The notes: generated from the letters alone by a model not told the origin. A DNA stretch of 64,000 nt from an uncultured Aliarcobacter sp. (GCA_963677435.1 OY781945.1:1216001-1280000), one strand, 5' to 3'; shown: positions 1 through 10,571, numbered from the stretch's first letter. Numbers and translations: made by a program.

Positions 1-1385
1 TAGATGAAAAAAGGCTTAGAAGATATGATGTGATTTTTACAGCTTCTGGATTATTTAGAGATTTATATGGTTCAAAACTGGCACTTTTAGATAAAGCAGT
101 TTTAATAGTTTTAGATGCAAGTTATGATGATATTGTCTCAAAATATCCAGCTCTAACTCTTGCTTTAAATAAAGCTTTAGAGCCTTTAGGAGATTTAAGA
201 AAAGCTGGAAATGAACCCTTAGAAAAAAATAGTGTGGCGTTAAATTGGGTAGATGAAGCAAGGGAACTTTTAAAAGAGAATCCAAATCTAAATGCTAGTG
301 AACTTGCAAAACTATCAAGTAAAAGAGTATTTGCAACTGCTCCTGGTTCTTATGGTGCAGGAATAAATAGATTAGTTGAGCGTTCAGGTGCTTGGGATAA
401 TAGAAGTGAATTAGCCGATGTATTTATGAAAAGAATGGCTTACTCTTATTCAGAAGATGGTTATGCTCAACTTGCAACAAAAAGTTTTGAAATGCAACTA
501 AAAAAAGTTGAAAATACTTATCTTGGACGAGCTAGTAATCTTTATGGATTAATTGATAATAACGACACCTTTGATTATCTTGGTGGATTAAATTTAGCTA
601 TTGAAAAAGTTACAGGAAAACAACCAAATAGTTTTGTTATTGACCACTCAAATACAAATGATTTAAAAATTACTCCTTTAGAAACAGCACTTTTAAGTGA
701 ATTAAGAGGAAGATATTTAAATCCCCAATGGATAAAACCACTTATGAAAGAGGGATATAGTGGAGCTAGAACCATGGGAAGTGAATTTATAGAGTATTTA
801 TGGGGATGGCAAGTTACAAGTCCAGAAATCATAAAAGATTGGGTTTGGGAAGAGGTAAAAGCTGTATATATTGATGACAAATTAAACCTAAAATTAGATG
901 AGTTTTTATCATCTGGTTATCAAGTGCAAGTTCAAACAAATATGTTAGCAGTAATGCTTGTGGCAATTCAAAAAGATTTTTGGAAAGCAGATGAAAAAAC
1001 ACAAAAAGAACTGGCTTTAAAATTTGCAAATAATATTATAGAACATGGAATTCCAGGAAGCGGACACACCCATGCAAATCATCCAATTTATGATTTTGTA
1101 AAATCAAAAATTGATGAACAAACAGCTTCAAAATTAGAAGAAGTGTTAAGTCAAAGTAGAATGGAAAAAGTCGATAAAAAACAAAGTGTAACTTCAATTC
1201 AAGAAGTGAAACTTGATAATCAACAAAATAAACAAAATCAAGAAATAAGTGAAAATAAAGAGTCTAAAAACAGTAAAGAAGATGATAATTCGTATATGAA
1301 ATATCTATTACTTTGTGCCTTTTTAATTTTACTTGTGGGTCTTACTAAATCTGTATTTTTTAATAAAATAAAAAAAGGAGCATAA
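1..1385 (+). CDS. CobN/Mg-chelatase-family protein, C-terminal part (5' end outside window), with C-terminal membrane anchor
   Basis: Frame is open back to the window start. Motifs SGLFRD, PGSYGAG, ELRGRYLNPQWI..GYSGA and LWGWQVT are typical of CobN/ChlH. Low-complexity linker and hydrophobic C-terminal helix. Confidence 0.85.
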   Translation, partial: DEKRLRRYDVIFTASGLFRDLYGSKLALLDKAVLIVLDASYDDIVSKYPALTLALNKALEPLGDLRKAGNEPLEKNSVALNWVDEARELLKENPNLNASELAKLSSKRVFATAPGSYGAGINRLVERSGAWDNRSELADVFMKRMAYSYSEDGYAQLATKSFEMQLKKVENTYLGRASNLYGLIDNNDTFDYLGGLNLAIEKVTGKQPNSFVIDHSNTNDLKITPLETALLSELRGRYLNPQWIKPLMKEGYSGARTMGSEFIEYLWGWQVTSPEIIKDWVWEEVKAVYIDDKLNLKLDEFLSSGYQVQVQTNMLAVMLVAIQKDFWKADEKTQKELALKFANNIIEHGIPGSGHTHANHPIYDFVKSKIDEQTASKLEEVLSQSRMEKVDKKQSVTSIQEVKLDNQQNKQNQEISENKESKNSKEDDNSYMKYLLLCAFLILLVGLTKSVFFNKIKKGA

Positions 1386-1834
1386 TGTTTTCGTCAATTT
1401 CAGTTGGTCTAATGCACCAAATTTCAGCACTTCTTTTAGAGCCAGTTTCTTGGGCTTTGATTTTTTTCGTAGTTTTTTCCCTTTATGAAATAGGAATTAC
1501 AATAGGAGAAAGAGCAATAGAAATCAAAAGATTAATAAAAACAAATGACATGACTTTGGTTTTAAATGTTGCAAAAAAAAGAATCGAAAGAGCAGATTTT
1601 ATTACAAGACTTGCACCAATGTTAGGACTTATGGGAACACTAATTCCACTAGGACCTGGACTTGCTGCCCTTGGTGATGGAGATGTAAAAATACTTAGTA
1701 CTGCAATGAGTGTAGCATTTGATACAACAGTTTTAGGACTTCTTTGTGGAATGATTGGATTTGTAATTGCTAGACTTAGAAGAAGATGGTATGACAAGGC
1801 TTTAAGTCTTATGGAGAGTGAAAATGAAAAGTAG
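1385..1834 (+). CDS. MotA/TolQ/ExbB proton-channel family protein
   Basis: APMLGLMGTLIPLGPGL and AFDTTVLGL motifs; overlaps the upstream stop codon. Confidence 0.85.
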   Translation: MFSSISVGLMHQISALLLEPVSWALIFFVVFSLYEIGITIGERAIEIKRLIKTNDMTLVLNVAKKRIERADFITRLAPMLGLMGTLIPLGPGLAALGDGDVKILSTAMSVAFDTTVLGLLCGMIGFVIARLRRRWYDKALSLMESENEK

Positions 1835-2132
1835 ATTTTCAAGTGAGCATTTTTCAAAAGAGGATGATGAACCTCTTGGGCCATTGGCAAATTTAGTTGA
1901 TATTATTTTAGTATTTGCTTGTGGTTTAATAGCAGCTCTTGTGGCACTTAGCCCAAATTTGCAAGAGCATTTTAAAGTTTCAAAAGAGTCAAAAGTTATA
2001 AGTCAAGGAAAAGAGTTAGCCGATGTTCCAAAAGAGATAAAAGAAAAACAAGATGGAACAAATGGATATAAGTCCTTGGGGCAAGTTTATAAAGACCCAA
2101 AAACAGGGAAATTAATTTTAATTAGTGAATAG
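1818..2132 (+). CDS. DUF2149-family small membrane protein
   Basis: EPLGPLANLVDIILVFACGL and GQVYKDPKTGKLI; usual position after the CobN-like and ExbB-like genes. Confidence 0.75.
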   Translation: MKMKSRFSSEHFSKEDDEPLGPLANLVDIILVFACGLIAALVALSPNLQEHFKVSKESKVISQGKELADVPKEIKEKQDGTNGYKSLGQVYKDPKTGKLILISE

Positions 2133-2209
2133 TTTTCCAATAAATATTAAAATTATGTAAATTTGATTATAATGAATAGTTCACAATTTAAAATAAAAAG
2201 GATATAAAA

Positions 2210-2785
2210 ATGAAATACGAATTAATGACTTTACCTTACGATTTAGATGCCTTAGAACCGCTTATGTCAAAAGAAACTTTAGAGTTTCATTATGGAAAAC
2301 ATCACCAAACTTATGTAAATAACTTAAACAATTTAATCACTGGTACAAAATTTGAAGATTCAACTTTAGTTGATATTATTCTAAATTCAGATGGAGGGCT
2401 TTTTAACAATGCCGCTCAAGTTTATAATCATGACTTCTTTTGGAATGGTTTAACTCCAACTCAAGGTGCAATTCCTTCAAAAGTTGAAGCAGCTTTAGTT
2501 AAAACTTTTGGTTCAGTTGATGAGTTCAAAAAAGAGTTCACAACAAAAGCTATTGGACAATTTGGTTCTGGTTGGGCTTGGTTAGTTGAAGATGAAAATC
2601 AAAACTTAAAAATTGTAACAACATCAAATGCAGCAAATCCACTAACAGACAATCTAAAACCTATTTTAGTATGTGATGTATGGGAACATGCCTACTATAT
2701 TGATGTAAGAAATGCAAGACCTGCATATTTAGAAAATTTCTGGAAACTTGTAAACTGGAATTTTGTAGAGCAAAATCTAGCGTAA
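2210..2785 (+). CDS. sodB: Fe/Mn superoxide dismutase (Fe-type)
   Basis: HYGKHHQTY, FNNAAQVYNH, FGSGWAWL, DVWEHAYY. Confidence 0.95.
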   Translation: MKYELMTLPYDLDALEPLMSKETLEFHYGKHHQTYVNNLNNLITGTKFEDSTLVDIILNSDGGLFNNAAQVYNHDFFWNGLTPTQGAIPSKVEAALVKTFGSVDEFKKEFTTKAIGQFGSGWAWLVEDENQNLKIVTTSNAANPLTDNLKPILVCDVWEHAYYIDVRNARPAYLENFWKLVNWNFVEQNLA

Positions 2786-2791
2786 GAAGAT

Positions 2792-2819
2792 AAAAAGTAT
2801 GGAACTTTCCATACTTTTT
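2792..2819 (+). terminator. Intrinsic terminator after sodB
   Basis: AAAAAGTATGGAA-CT-TTCCATACTTTTT inverted repeat. Confidence 0.7.
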
Positions 2820-2824
2820 CATAT

Positions 2825-3610
2825 ATGAAATCAGATATTTTTAAAAATCCCAAATTAAATTTCCTAGAGTTACGATATGTTCAAGATATTCCTGAATGTA
2901 CAAAAATGCATATTCATGAAGAGCTAACTATCACAGCCATAAAAAAAGGTTCATTAAATTTGATATTTAATAACACAACTTTTGAACTAATCCCAAATGA
3001 AATAGCAATCATAAATAGTGATATTCCTCACTGTGCGACAACAAATAAAATATCAAAAGATGGATATGTTTTGTATTTAAAAAAAGAGTACTTAAAAAAT
3101 ATAAACTTAAATTTCAATTCATTTTATGAGATAATCAAACAAAAAAATATCTATAGAAATTTTATAAAATTGTGTGATTGCCTGTTGGATAAAAAAGTAT
3201 CTTTAATTGAAAAAGAGGAGAGATTTTACTCTTTTTGTTTAGCTTTTTTTTCATTTGAGCAAAAACAAACAAATGAACAAATAGAATCAGTTTTGGCAAC
3301 AAACATAAAAAAATATTTAGATGAAAACTATTTTGAAGAGTTTATCTTAGATGATTTAGCAAAAAGTTTTGACTTAAGTGTTGTTCATTTAATCCGAGTA
3401 TTTAAAAAAGAGTTTGGACTTCCAATTCACTCTTATATTTTAAATAAAAAAGTGCATTTTGCAAAAGAGTTATTATCTTCAAATATGCCCATTATTGAAG
3501 TTGCACAAAACAGCGGTTTTTTTGACCAAAGCCATCTAAATAGAAGTTTTAAAAGAATCTTTCAAATCACCCCAAAAGAGTATCAAAACAATATTTTCCC
3601 TAAATGTTAA
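2825..3610 (+). CDS. AraC-family transcriptional regulator (cupin + HTH)
   Basis: N-terminal HIHEE..PH cupin; C-terminal GFFDQSHLNRSFKRIFQITPKEY. Confidence 0.9.
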   Translation: MKSDIFKNPKLNFLELRYVQDIPECTKMHIHEELTITAIKKGSLNLIFNNTTFELIPNEIAIINSDIPHCATTNKISKDGYVLYLKKEYLKNINLNFNSFYEIIKQKNIYRNFIKLCDCLLDKKVSLIEKEERFYSFCLAFFSFEQKQTNEQIESVLATNIKKYLDENYFEEFILDDLAKSFDLSVVHLIRVFKKEFGLPIHSYILNKKVHFAKELLSSNMPIIEVAQNSGFFDQSHLNRSFKRIFQITPKEYQNNIFPKC

Positions 3611-3675
3611 TTTTGTACAAGATTTAATTTTTTTTTATTGTTATACTTTGCAAAATTAAAAAAAAGGAGTCTTCT

Positions 3676-3738
3676 ATGAGTATAAATATTTCAAAACAAT
3701 TTATCTCTTTTTCTTTCCTCTTCCTCTTAAATTTCTAA
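3676..3738 (+). CDS. Candidate 20-aa leader peptide upstream of leuA (MSINISKQFISFSFLFLLNF)
   Basis: AAGGAG RBS before ATG 3676; extended -10 TGTTATACT upstream; Phe/Leu codon cluster (TTC CTC TTC CTC TTA) near the end. Not in the ORF track. Confidence 0.5.
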   Translation: MSINISKQFISFSFLFLLNF

Positions 3739-3790
3739 TCTTTCAATCAAATACAATCTAAAAAATAAAATAAATAATCGGAGCAAAACC

Positions 3791-5092
3791 ATGAGTTTTA
3801 AAAAATATAAACAATATCCTACTGTGCAAAATTTCCCAAGAAAATGGCCAGATAAACAAATCACACAAGCACCAATATATTGTAGTGTGGACTTAAGAGA
3901 TGGAAATCAAGCTTTGATAAATCCTTTAACAGTTGAGCAAAAATTGGAGTATTTTCATACTTTAGTAAAAATGGGATTTAAACAAATAGAAGTTAGTTAT
4001 CCAAGTGCTAGTGATACGGATTTTAACTTTACAAGAAAATTAATCCAAGAAAATTTAGTGCCAGATGATGTGTTTATTCAAGTTTTGATTCCTGCAAAAA
4101 AAGAGTGGATTAAAAAAAGTGTTGAAGCAATGAGTGGAGTTAAAAATGGAATTTTTCATTTATATAACCCAACAAATGAGTTTCAGCGAAGAGTTGTTTT
4201 TCAAAAAAGTGATGATGAGATAATATCTATGGCAGTTGAATCTATGAAATATTTAGTTGAACTTACAAAAGATTTCAAAGGAAAAGTAACTTATCAGTAT
4301 TCACCTGAGAGTTTTTCTCAAACTGATTTAGAGTTTGCAGTAAAAATTTGTAATGAAGTTATAAATGTAGTAAAACCAACTATTGATAAAAAGATGATAA
4401 TAAACTTACCAAATACACTTGAAGCGTGTACAGCAAATGTTTATGCAGATAGAATAGAGTGGATGTGTGAAAATTTATATCATCGTGAAGCTTTAATCAT
4501 CAGTGTTCATCCACACAATGATAGAGGAACTTCTGTGGCAAGTGCAGAGTTAGCAGTGCTTGCAGGGGCAGACAAAGTTGAGGGAACTTTATTTGGAAAT
4601 GGTGAAAGAGCAGGGAACTTAGACTTAGTAAATTTTGCTTTTAATATCTATTCACAAGGGATTAATCCAAAACTTGATTTATCAATCATTGATGAAATAA
4701 AAGATATGTATGAGGAAAAAACTGGACTTTTTGTACACCCAAGACATCCTTTTGTTGGAGATATGATATTTACAGCTTTTTCTGGTGGACATCAAGATGC
4801 TATTAAAAAAGGAATGGATTTTTATAGAACTCAAAACTCGAAAGAGTGGAATGTACCATATTTACCAATTGACCCAAAAGATATAAAAAGAGGTTATGAA
4901 AAAGTAATAAGAGTAAATTCCCAATCAGGAAAAGGAGGAGCAAGTTTTATAATAAGTGAATTTTTAGGAGTAGAAATGAATAAAGATGAATCTATAAAAT
5001 TTGGTTTAATTATAAAAGAAGAATCGGATAAATTAAAAAGAGAATTAGATAAAAATGAAATAATTGAACTATATAAAAAGTTAAATAGTTAA
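3791..5092 (+). CDS. leuA: 2-isopropylmalate synthase, short form lacking the C-terminal regulatory domain
   Basis: CSVDLRDGNQAL, YSPESF, HPHNDRGT, GNGERAGN, RVNSQSGKGG; only 433 aa. Confidence 0.85.
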   Translation: MSFKKYKQYPTVQNFPRKWPDKQITQAPIYCSVDLRDGNQALINPLTVEQKLEYFHTLVKMGFKQIEVSYPSASDTDFNFTRKLIQENLVPDDVFIQVLIPAKKEWIKKSVEAMSGVKNGIFHLYNPTNEFQRRVVFQKSDDEIISMAVESMKYLVELTKDFKGKVTYQYSPESFSQTDLEFAVKICNEVINVVKPTIDKKMIINLPNTLEACTANVYADRIEWMCENLYHREALIISVHPHNDRGTSVASAELAVLAGADKVEGTLFGNGERAGNLDLVNFAFNIYSQGINPKLDLSIIDEIKDMYEEKTGLFVHPRHPFVGDMIFTAFSGGHQDAIKKGMDFYRTQNSKEWNVPYLPIDPKDIKRGYEKVIRVNSQSGKGGASFIISEFLGVEMNKDESIKFGLIIKEESDKLKRELDKNEIIELYKKLNS

Positions 5093-5118
5093 AAGTAAGT
5101 TTTAAAACTTACTTTTAA
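5089..5118. terminator. Bidirectional terminator-like hairpin between leuA and agmatinase
   Basis: TTAAAAGTAAGTTT..AAACTTACTTTTAA between convergent genes. Confidence 0.6.
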
Positions 5119-5120
5119 TT

Positions 5121-6182
5121 TTATTTATATTCGATTTTTCCTTGACTTGCTAATAATGCACCACAAAGTTGGTATAAAACTCTAGAACCTACATTTGCAT
5201 CCCAACCATCAGCACTATCCCCAACTTCACAAAGGTCAAAACCTATAATATTTCTTCCACTTTTTACAACCATAAATATTAAGTGTTCTAACTCACCATA
5301 TCTCAAACCTGATGGAACTGGAGTTCCAGTATTTGGGCAATTTAATGGCTCTAATCCATCAATATCAATTGATAAATAAACATTTTTTGGCAGTTGTTCG
5401 ATATATGGTGCAAAAACATCTTCTAAAGATTTACCACTAGCTAATTGTGCTTGCATATCTGTATCGTATAAACATGCACCTTTTAGACCATATTCTTTCA
5501 TTCTATTTGCTTCTTCACTACTGTAATCTCTGATTCCAAATTGAACCAAATTTGAAACTTTGTCACACTCATTCATAGCATTATAAAAAATCGAAGCATG
5601 AGAGTAAATAAAACCTTCATAAGCCTTTCTTAGGTCATGGTGAGCATCTACATGCAAGATTCCAAAAGGTTCAGCTTGTGTATCGTTTAAAGCTTTGATA
5701 AGACCAAGAGGTGATGAGTGGTCACCACCAACAACTGCTACGAATTTACCTTCTTTTATTTGCTCAAAAGATTTTTGATACACAGAAGAATTTAAAATTG
5801 CCGATGCTTCATTTACAAATTTTAGAGCTTTTTTATTTGTTTTTCCCTCTTCAAGTGCCTCAATAACTTTTAATGCCTTTTTTCTAGCTTTGTGACTTAA
5901 TTTTAATAAATGCTTATCAGTTTCAAGCATAGCAATACCTGCAACATAAGGTTTAATATAGTGAAAAGTTTCAACATCAAGTTGGTGGCTTGTAATTCTA
6001 ATTGCATCAGGAGCATTTGCTGTCCCTTGCCCAAATGAAACAGTAGCTTCCCAAGGAACTGGAACTAAAACTAAACTAGCTTCTTTTGGGTCTAATCTTC
6101 CTCCAATAAAGCCATCACCTTCTTGGGGTGGTAATCCTTGCTCTAATACTTTTATTTCTTCTTTTAAAGTTCTATAAGACAT
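5121..6182 (-). CDS. speB: Agmatinase / ureohydrolase family protein
   Basis: GGDHS, DAHHDLR, SIDIDGL, PNTGTP and FDLCEV motifs. Confidence 0.8.
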   Translation of the reverse strand: MSYRTLKEEIKVLEQGLPPQEGDGFIGGRLDPKEASLVLVPVPWEATVSFGQGTANAPDAIRITSHQLDVETFHYIKPYVAGIAMLETDKHLLKLSHKARKKALKVIEALEEGKTNKKALKFVNEASAILNSSVYQKSFEQIKEGKFVAVVGGDHSSPLGLIKALNDTQAEPFGILHVDAHHDLRKAYEGFIYSHASIFYNAMNECDKVSNLVQFGIRDYSSEEANRMKEYGLKGACLYDTDMQAQLASGKSLEDVFAPYIEQLPKNVYLSIDIDGLEPLNCPNTGTPVPSGLRYGELEHLIFMVVKSGRNIIGFDLCEVGDSADGWDANVGSRVLYQLCGALLASQGKIEYK

Positions 6183-6377
6183 CTATTTTCCTAATCTATT
6201 GTATTTATTTGATTCTGAATTATAGGATAAATATATCGATTTTTTAATTAACTGTACAATATTTGTCAAAATTATTATTAAAAATTTATTATTAAAAAAT
6301 CTCAGTAAATAATTAGTAAAATGTTGATAGGATTACTTAACATAAGATTACACTCTACTTAAGTTTGAGGATACAAA

Positions 6378-9098
6378 ATGAAGCTTAGTCTGTCAAAAAT
6401 TAATTTTCTAAATATATTTTTTATCATTATTACTTTTTCAATTATTTTAGGTTTTTTTATTTATGAATTTAATCAAGATTTATATTCTAAAAAAGTAATC
6501 TCACTTGAAAAAGATTATTATAATAAAAATAGAGCAATTATAAAAAATGAGATAGAACGAGCCATTCAAAGAGCGAAAGTTATCGAATCTCTTATTTTTG
6601 AAAAGAATGAGTCGATATTAGTTGAAAAAGTAAATATTGTAAAAAATTTGTTTGATTCCCATGATGCAAACAACTTTTCAGAAATTTTAAATAAATATAA
6701 AAGAGAACTTGATTTATTAAAATGGGATAATAACTCTGGATATTTTTATATTTTTGATAAAAATGGAACTATTTTATATCATGGTGGTGATGAAAAATAC
6801 ATCAATACTAATGTATTTGAACTAAATTCTAATAATAAAGATTTACAAAATTTTTTAAGAGATGCTTTAGTAAAAGATGAAAAATTTGGTTCATACAAAT
6901 GGTATAAACCAAATGAAGACCCAAAGGAACTTTTTACAAAATATGTATATATTAAAAGAGATGAAAAACATGATGTTTATATAGCAGCTGGTATATATAA
7001 AGAAGAAGTGGATAAAAAAGTTCAACAATTAGTTTTTAAAGAGTTTAGTAAAGATAGATTCGGTGACAATAAATATGGTTATTTTTGGATACTAGGATTA
7101 GATAGAGTTTTGAAAATGCATGCGCTTAATCCAGAAATTGAGGGAAAAGTTAATGATAATGTTTTATCTGTTGATGGAAAAGTTTTAAATGATATTTCAA
7201 TTGAAAAAGCATTAAGTGGTGGTGGTTATATAAACTATAAGTGGATTAGACCTGATACAAAAAAAGAAGATGAAAAATTCTCATATGTAAAATTAATACC
7301 TGATTGGGGTATGATGATTGGTGCAGGGTTTTATATAACTGAACTTCAAGATATGTTAAAAGAGGAAAAAGATAATTTAAAAAAATTATCAGATGAATAT
7401 TTATCTAATATTTTTATTGTTCTTAGTATATTAATTTTAGTCTCTTTATTTATTGCTAGATATTTATCTTTACGAATAGAAAAAGTTGAAGTTGAGCGTG
7501 AAGAACAGATGAATTTATTAGCACAGTATAAATTTGTTCTTGATGAAAGTTCTGTTGTATCTAAAACTGATTTAAATGGTGTTATAACTTATGTAAATAG
7601 TAGTTTCGAAAAACATAGTGGTTTTAGTAAAAAAGAAGCCATAGGTAAAAACCATAGATTAGTTAGTCATCCAGATACTTCAAAAAGTCAATTTAAAATG
7701 TTGTGGAAAACTATTTCAAAAGGAAATATTTGGAAAGGAATTCTTAAAAATAAAAGTAAAGATGGGAATAGTTATTATAATAGTATTACAATTATTCCAA
7801 TTAAAAATGCACATGGAGAGATTTTAGAGTATATTTCAGCAGGTACCATTGTAACAGAACTAATAGAAAATAGAACGAAACTTCAAAGTCTATTTAAAAC
7901 AGATGCCTTAACTGGACTTGGTAATAGAGTTAGTTTAATTGACTATATTTCAAAAAGAGAAAGTGGAGTTTTAACATTAATAAATATTGATAGATTTAAA
8001 GAGATAAACGATAGTTATTCTCACAGTATGGGTGATGCAGTAATAAAAGGTTTAGCAAATAGATTATTTGAATTTTTTAATGATAAGAATTATAAACTAT
8101 ATAGACTACAAGCTGATGTTTTTGGAATTTTCACAATGAACAAAAGCAAAGACAATGTAATAGCTGATGTAAAATCTTTTATGAACACTTTAGGAAAAGA
8201 GCCATATTCTTTAGAAAATAAAAATTTTATGCTTACTTATACTTGTGGTATTGCTTCAAATAGTGAAAACTTATTGACTTATGCTGACATTGCATTAAGT
8301 GAAGCAAAAAATAGAAAAATAAAAATAAAAGTGTACGAAGCTTCTATGAAAAGTATAGAAGAATTTAGAAATAATTTAGAATGGGTTGAGCGATTACACA
8401 TAGCTATAAAAGAAGACCGAATATTCCCCCACTATCAACCAATATACAATTATAAAACAGGAAAAATTGATAAATATGAAGCTTTAATGCGATTGGTTGA
8501 AGATGGAAAAATCATCTATCCAAATGAGTATCTATCTATTGCAAAAAAAACAAAGTTATATCCTGAGTTAACTTATAAAATGGTAGAAAAAGTAATAAGT
8601 AAATTCTCAACAAATAATTTGGAATTTTCCCTTAATTTATGTATTGAAGATTTGATGAATGAAGAGTTGATGATTTTTGTTTATGATTATGCAGAGCAAA
8701 AAGGTGTCTTTGATAGAATGGTACTTGAAATTGTTGAATCAGAAGAGATAGATGATAGTGACTATATAAATAAACTTATAAAAAAATTCAAAAACCAAGG
8801 TGTAAAAATAGCAATTGATGACTTTGGAAGTGGTTATTCAAATTATGAATATTTGATTAAATTGCAAGCTGATTATCTAAAAATCGATGGATCTATTACT
8901 AAATTTATTGAAGATGATGTAAGAACACAAGATGTTGTAAAATCTATTTTAGAGTTTGCAAAAAAATCAAATATGAAAGTTATTGCAGAGTTTGTTAGTA
9001 ATGAAAATATAGATAAAATCTTAAGGGAAATAGGAGTTGATTATGCCCAAGGTTTTTATTATGGAAAACCACAAGCTGATTTGGTAGAAGAGATGTAA
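6378..9098 (+). CDS. Membrane Cache-PAS-GGDEF(degenerate)-EAL protein, probable c-di-GMP phosphodiesterase
   Basis: Two TM helices flanking two Cache-like repeats; PAS; QADVF in place of GGDEF; YEALMR and DDFGSGYS. Confidence 0.85.
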   Translation: MKLSLSKINFLNIFFIIITFSIILGFFIYEFNQDLYSKKVISLEKDYYNKNRAIIKNEIERAIQRAKVIESLIFEKNESILVEKVNIVKNLFDSHDANNFSEILNKYKRELDLLKWDNNSGYFYIFDKNGTILYHGGDEKYINTNVFELNSNNKDLQNFLRDALVKDEKFGSYKWYKPNEDPKELFTKYVYIKRDEKHDVYIAAGIYKEEVDKKVQQLVFKEFSKDRFGDNKYGYFWILGLDRVLKMHALNPEIEGKVNDNVLSVDGKVLNDISIEKALSGGGYINYKWIRPDTKKEDEKFSYVKLIPDWGMMIGAGFYITELQDMLKEEKDNLKKLSDEYLSNIFIVLSILILVSLFIARYLSLRIEKVEVEREEQMNLLAQYKFVLDESSVVSKTDLNGVITYVNSSFEKHSGFSKKEAIGKNHRLVSHPDTSKSQFKMLWKTISKGNIWKGILKNKSKDGNSYYNSITIIPIKNAHGEILEYISAGTIVTELIENRTKLQSLFKTDALTGLGNRVSLIDYISKRESGVLTLINIDRFKEINDSYSHSMGDAVIKGLANRLFEFFNDKNYKLYRLQADVFGIFTMNKSKDNVIADVKSFMNTLGKEPYSLENKNFMLTYTCGIASNSENLLTYADIALSEAKNRKIKIKVYEASMKSIEEFRNNLEWVERLHIAIKEDRIFPHYQPIYNYKTGKIDKYEALMRLVEDGKIIYPNEYLSIAKKTKLYPELTYKMVEKVISKFSTNNLEFSLNLCIEDLMNEELMIFVYDYAEQKGVFDRMVLEIVESEEIDDSDYINKLIKKFKNQGVKIAIDDFGSGYSNYEYLIKLQADYLKIDGSITKFIEDDVRTQDVVKSILEFAKKSNMKVIAEFVSNENIDKILREIGVDYAQGFYYGKPQADLVEEM

Positions 9099-9279
9099 TT
9101 TAATTAGATCTCTTTTTTTTTACTCTTTAATTATCTTGCTCGGATATAAGTTATTAAAACATTTATTTATAACTTAATAAAATATTTTGTATAATAATCA
9201 GATTTATTTTTTAACTTAAAATCTAATCTAAAATTATTTATTTAAGTTATTAATCAATAAAACTATAAAAGGCAAAAGA

Positions 9280-9912
9280 ATGAATGAAAGTATTACATCT
9301 AGAGTTAGTAGATTAATTTCAGGTAGTATCAATGCAATTGTAGACAAAGCTGAGTCTTTATCTCCAGAACTTGTAATGAAAGAGACAATAAGAGAAGTTG
9401 ATTCAACTATTGATGAGGTGAAAGTTTTATTAGGTAAAGAGACTATTGAACTTAAAAAAACAAAAGCTCAATTAGAAAATGAAAAAGCTAAATATGAAAA
9501 ACTTGCAGAACAAATAGAAATAGCTATTTCTCAAGACAGAGATGATTTAGCAAAATCTGCTATATCACGACAGATGGATATTGAAACACAAATCCCAATT
9601 TTAGAAGAAACAGTTTCTCAAATAGAAAAAAATATCACAAAATTAGAAAATTATATTGATGCTTTAAATGCTAAAAAAAGAGAGATGCAAGAAGAGTTAC
9701 AAGAGTTTATTAAAATTACTAAAGAGCAAAGAGTTTCTTCAAATATTACTTCAAATGTAGAAAAAGCAGAAGAAGCTTTTTCAAGAGTAAATACAGGAAT
9801 CAGCTCAAAATTTTTAAATAAAGATGATGTTCAACTTGCTGAGTTAGATAAATTATCAAGAGATAACAGAGTAGCAGAGAGATTACAAAGTTTAAAAGCT
9901 AATCAAAAATGA
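9280..9912 (+). CDS. PspA/IM30 family protein
   Basis: Coiled coil; N-terminal SRVSRLISGSINAIVDKAE..PE pattern; RDDLAKSA. Confidence 0.8.
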   Translation: MNESITSRVSRLISGSINAIVDKAESLSPELVMKETIREVDSTIDEVKVLLGKETIELKKTKAQLENEKAKYEKLAEQIEIAISQDRDDLAKSAISRQMDIETQIPILEETVSQIEKNITKLENYIDALNAKKREMQEELQEFIKITKEQRVSSNITSNVEKAEEAFSRVNTGISSKFLNKDDVQLAELDKLSRDNRVAERLQSLKANQK

Positions 9913-10562
9913 ATCTTATAGATTTTTTATTTACTAGTAATAATATTATTTTTACTAGTGCTCTTATATTAATGATATTTATTGCAGCACTTGAAGGTAT
10001 TTTAGTTCTAATAGGTGTTGGTCTATCAAATACTTTTGACTCTTTAATTCCTGATTTTGACACAGAACTTGATGTAGATACTGAATATTCATTAAGTAAA
10101 TTTTTTGGTTGGATTAGATTAAAGCAGGTTCCTATTTTGATGTTATTTGTTATATTTTTAACATCATTCGGGCTTATTGGTTTATTAATACAAGCAACTT
10201 TATTTAATATTATTGGAATTTTATGGCTTCAATATTTAGTTGTAATTCCAGCTTTTATTTTTGCAATTATTAGTTTAAGAATCTTTGGTGGATTGATTGC
10301 AAAACTTTTACCAAAAGATGAAACTTCATCAATATCAAATAATGATTTAATCGGACATATAGCAATAATAACTTTAGGTAAAGCAATAAAAGGTTCGCCT
10401 GCTGAAGCAAAAGTTAAAGATCAAAGTGGACAGGTACACTATTTTATGGTTGAACCTGAAAATGAAAATGATATTTTTTTGCAAGGAGAAAAAGTTTTAA
10501 TTTCAGGACAAAATGAAAAACTTTTTTTTGCAATAAAAGATATACCAGAAAAACTTAAATAA
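9909..10562 (+). CDS. yqiJ: YqiJ-family (NfeD-like, OB-fold) inner membrane protein
   Basis: TM helices, VPILMLFV and GSPAEAKVKDQSGQVHYFMVEP; precedes a flotillin. Confidence 0.8.
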   Translation: MNLIDFLFTSNNIIFTSALILMIFIAALEGILVLIGVGLSNTFDSLIPDFDTELDVDTEYSLSKFFGWIRLKQVPILMLFVIFLTSFGLIGLLIQATLFNIIGILWLQYLVVIPAFIFAIISLRIFGGLIAKLLPKDETSSISNNDLIGHIAIITLGKAIKGSPAEAKVKDQSGQVHYFMVEPENENDIFLQGEKVLISGQNEKLFFAIKDIPEKLK

Positions 10563-10571
10563 AGGGAAAAT

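Noticed and set aside
6378..9098. Active diguanylate cyclase
   Set aside because: The GGDEF motif is replaced by QADVF; only the EAL domain looks catalytic.
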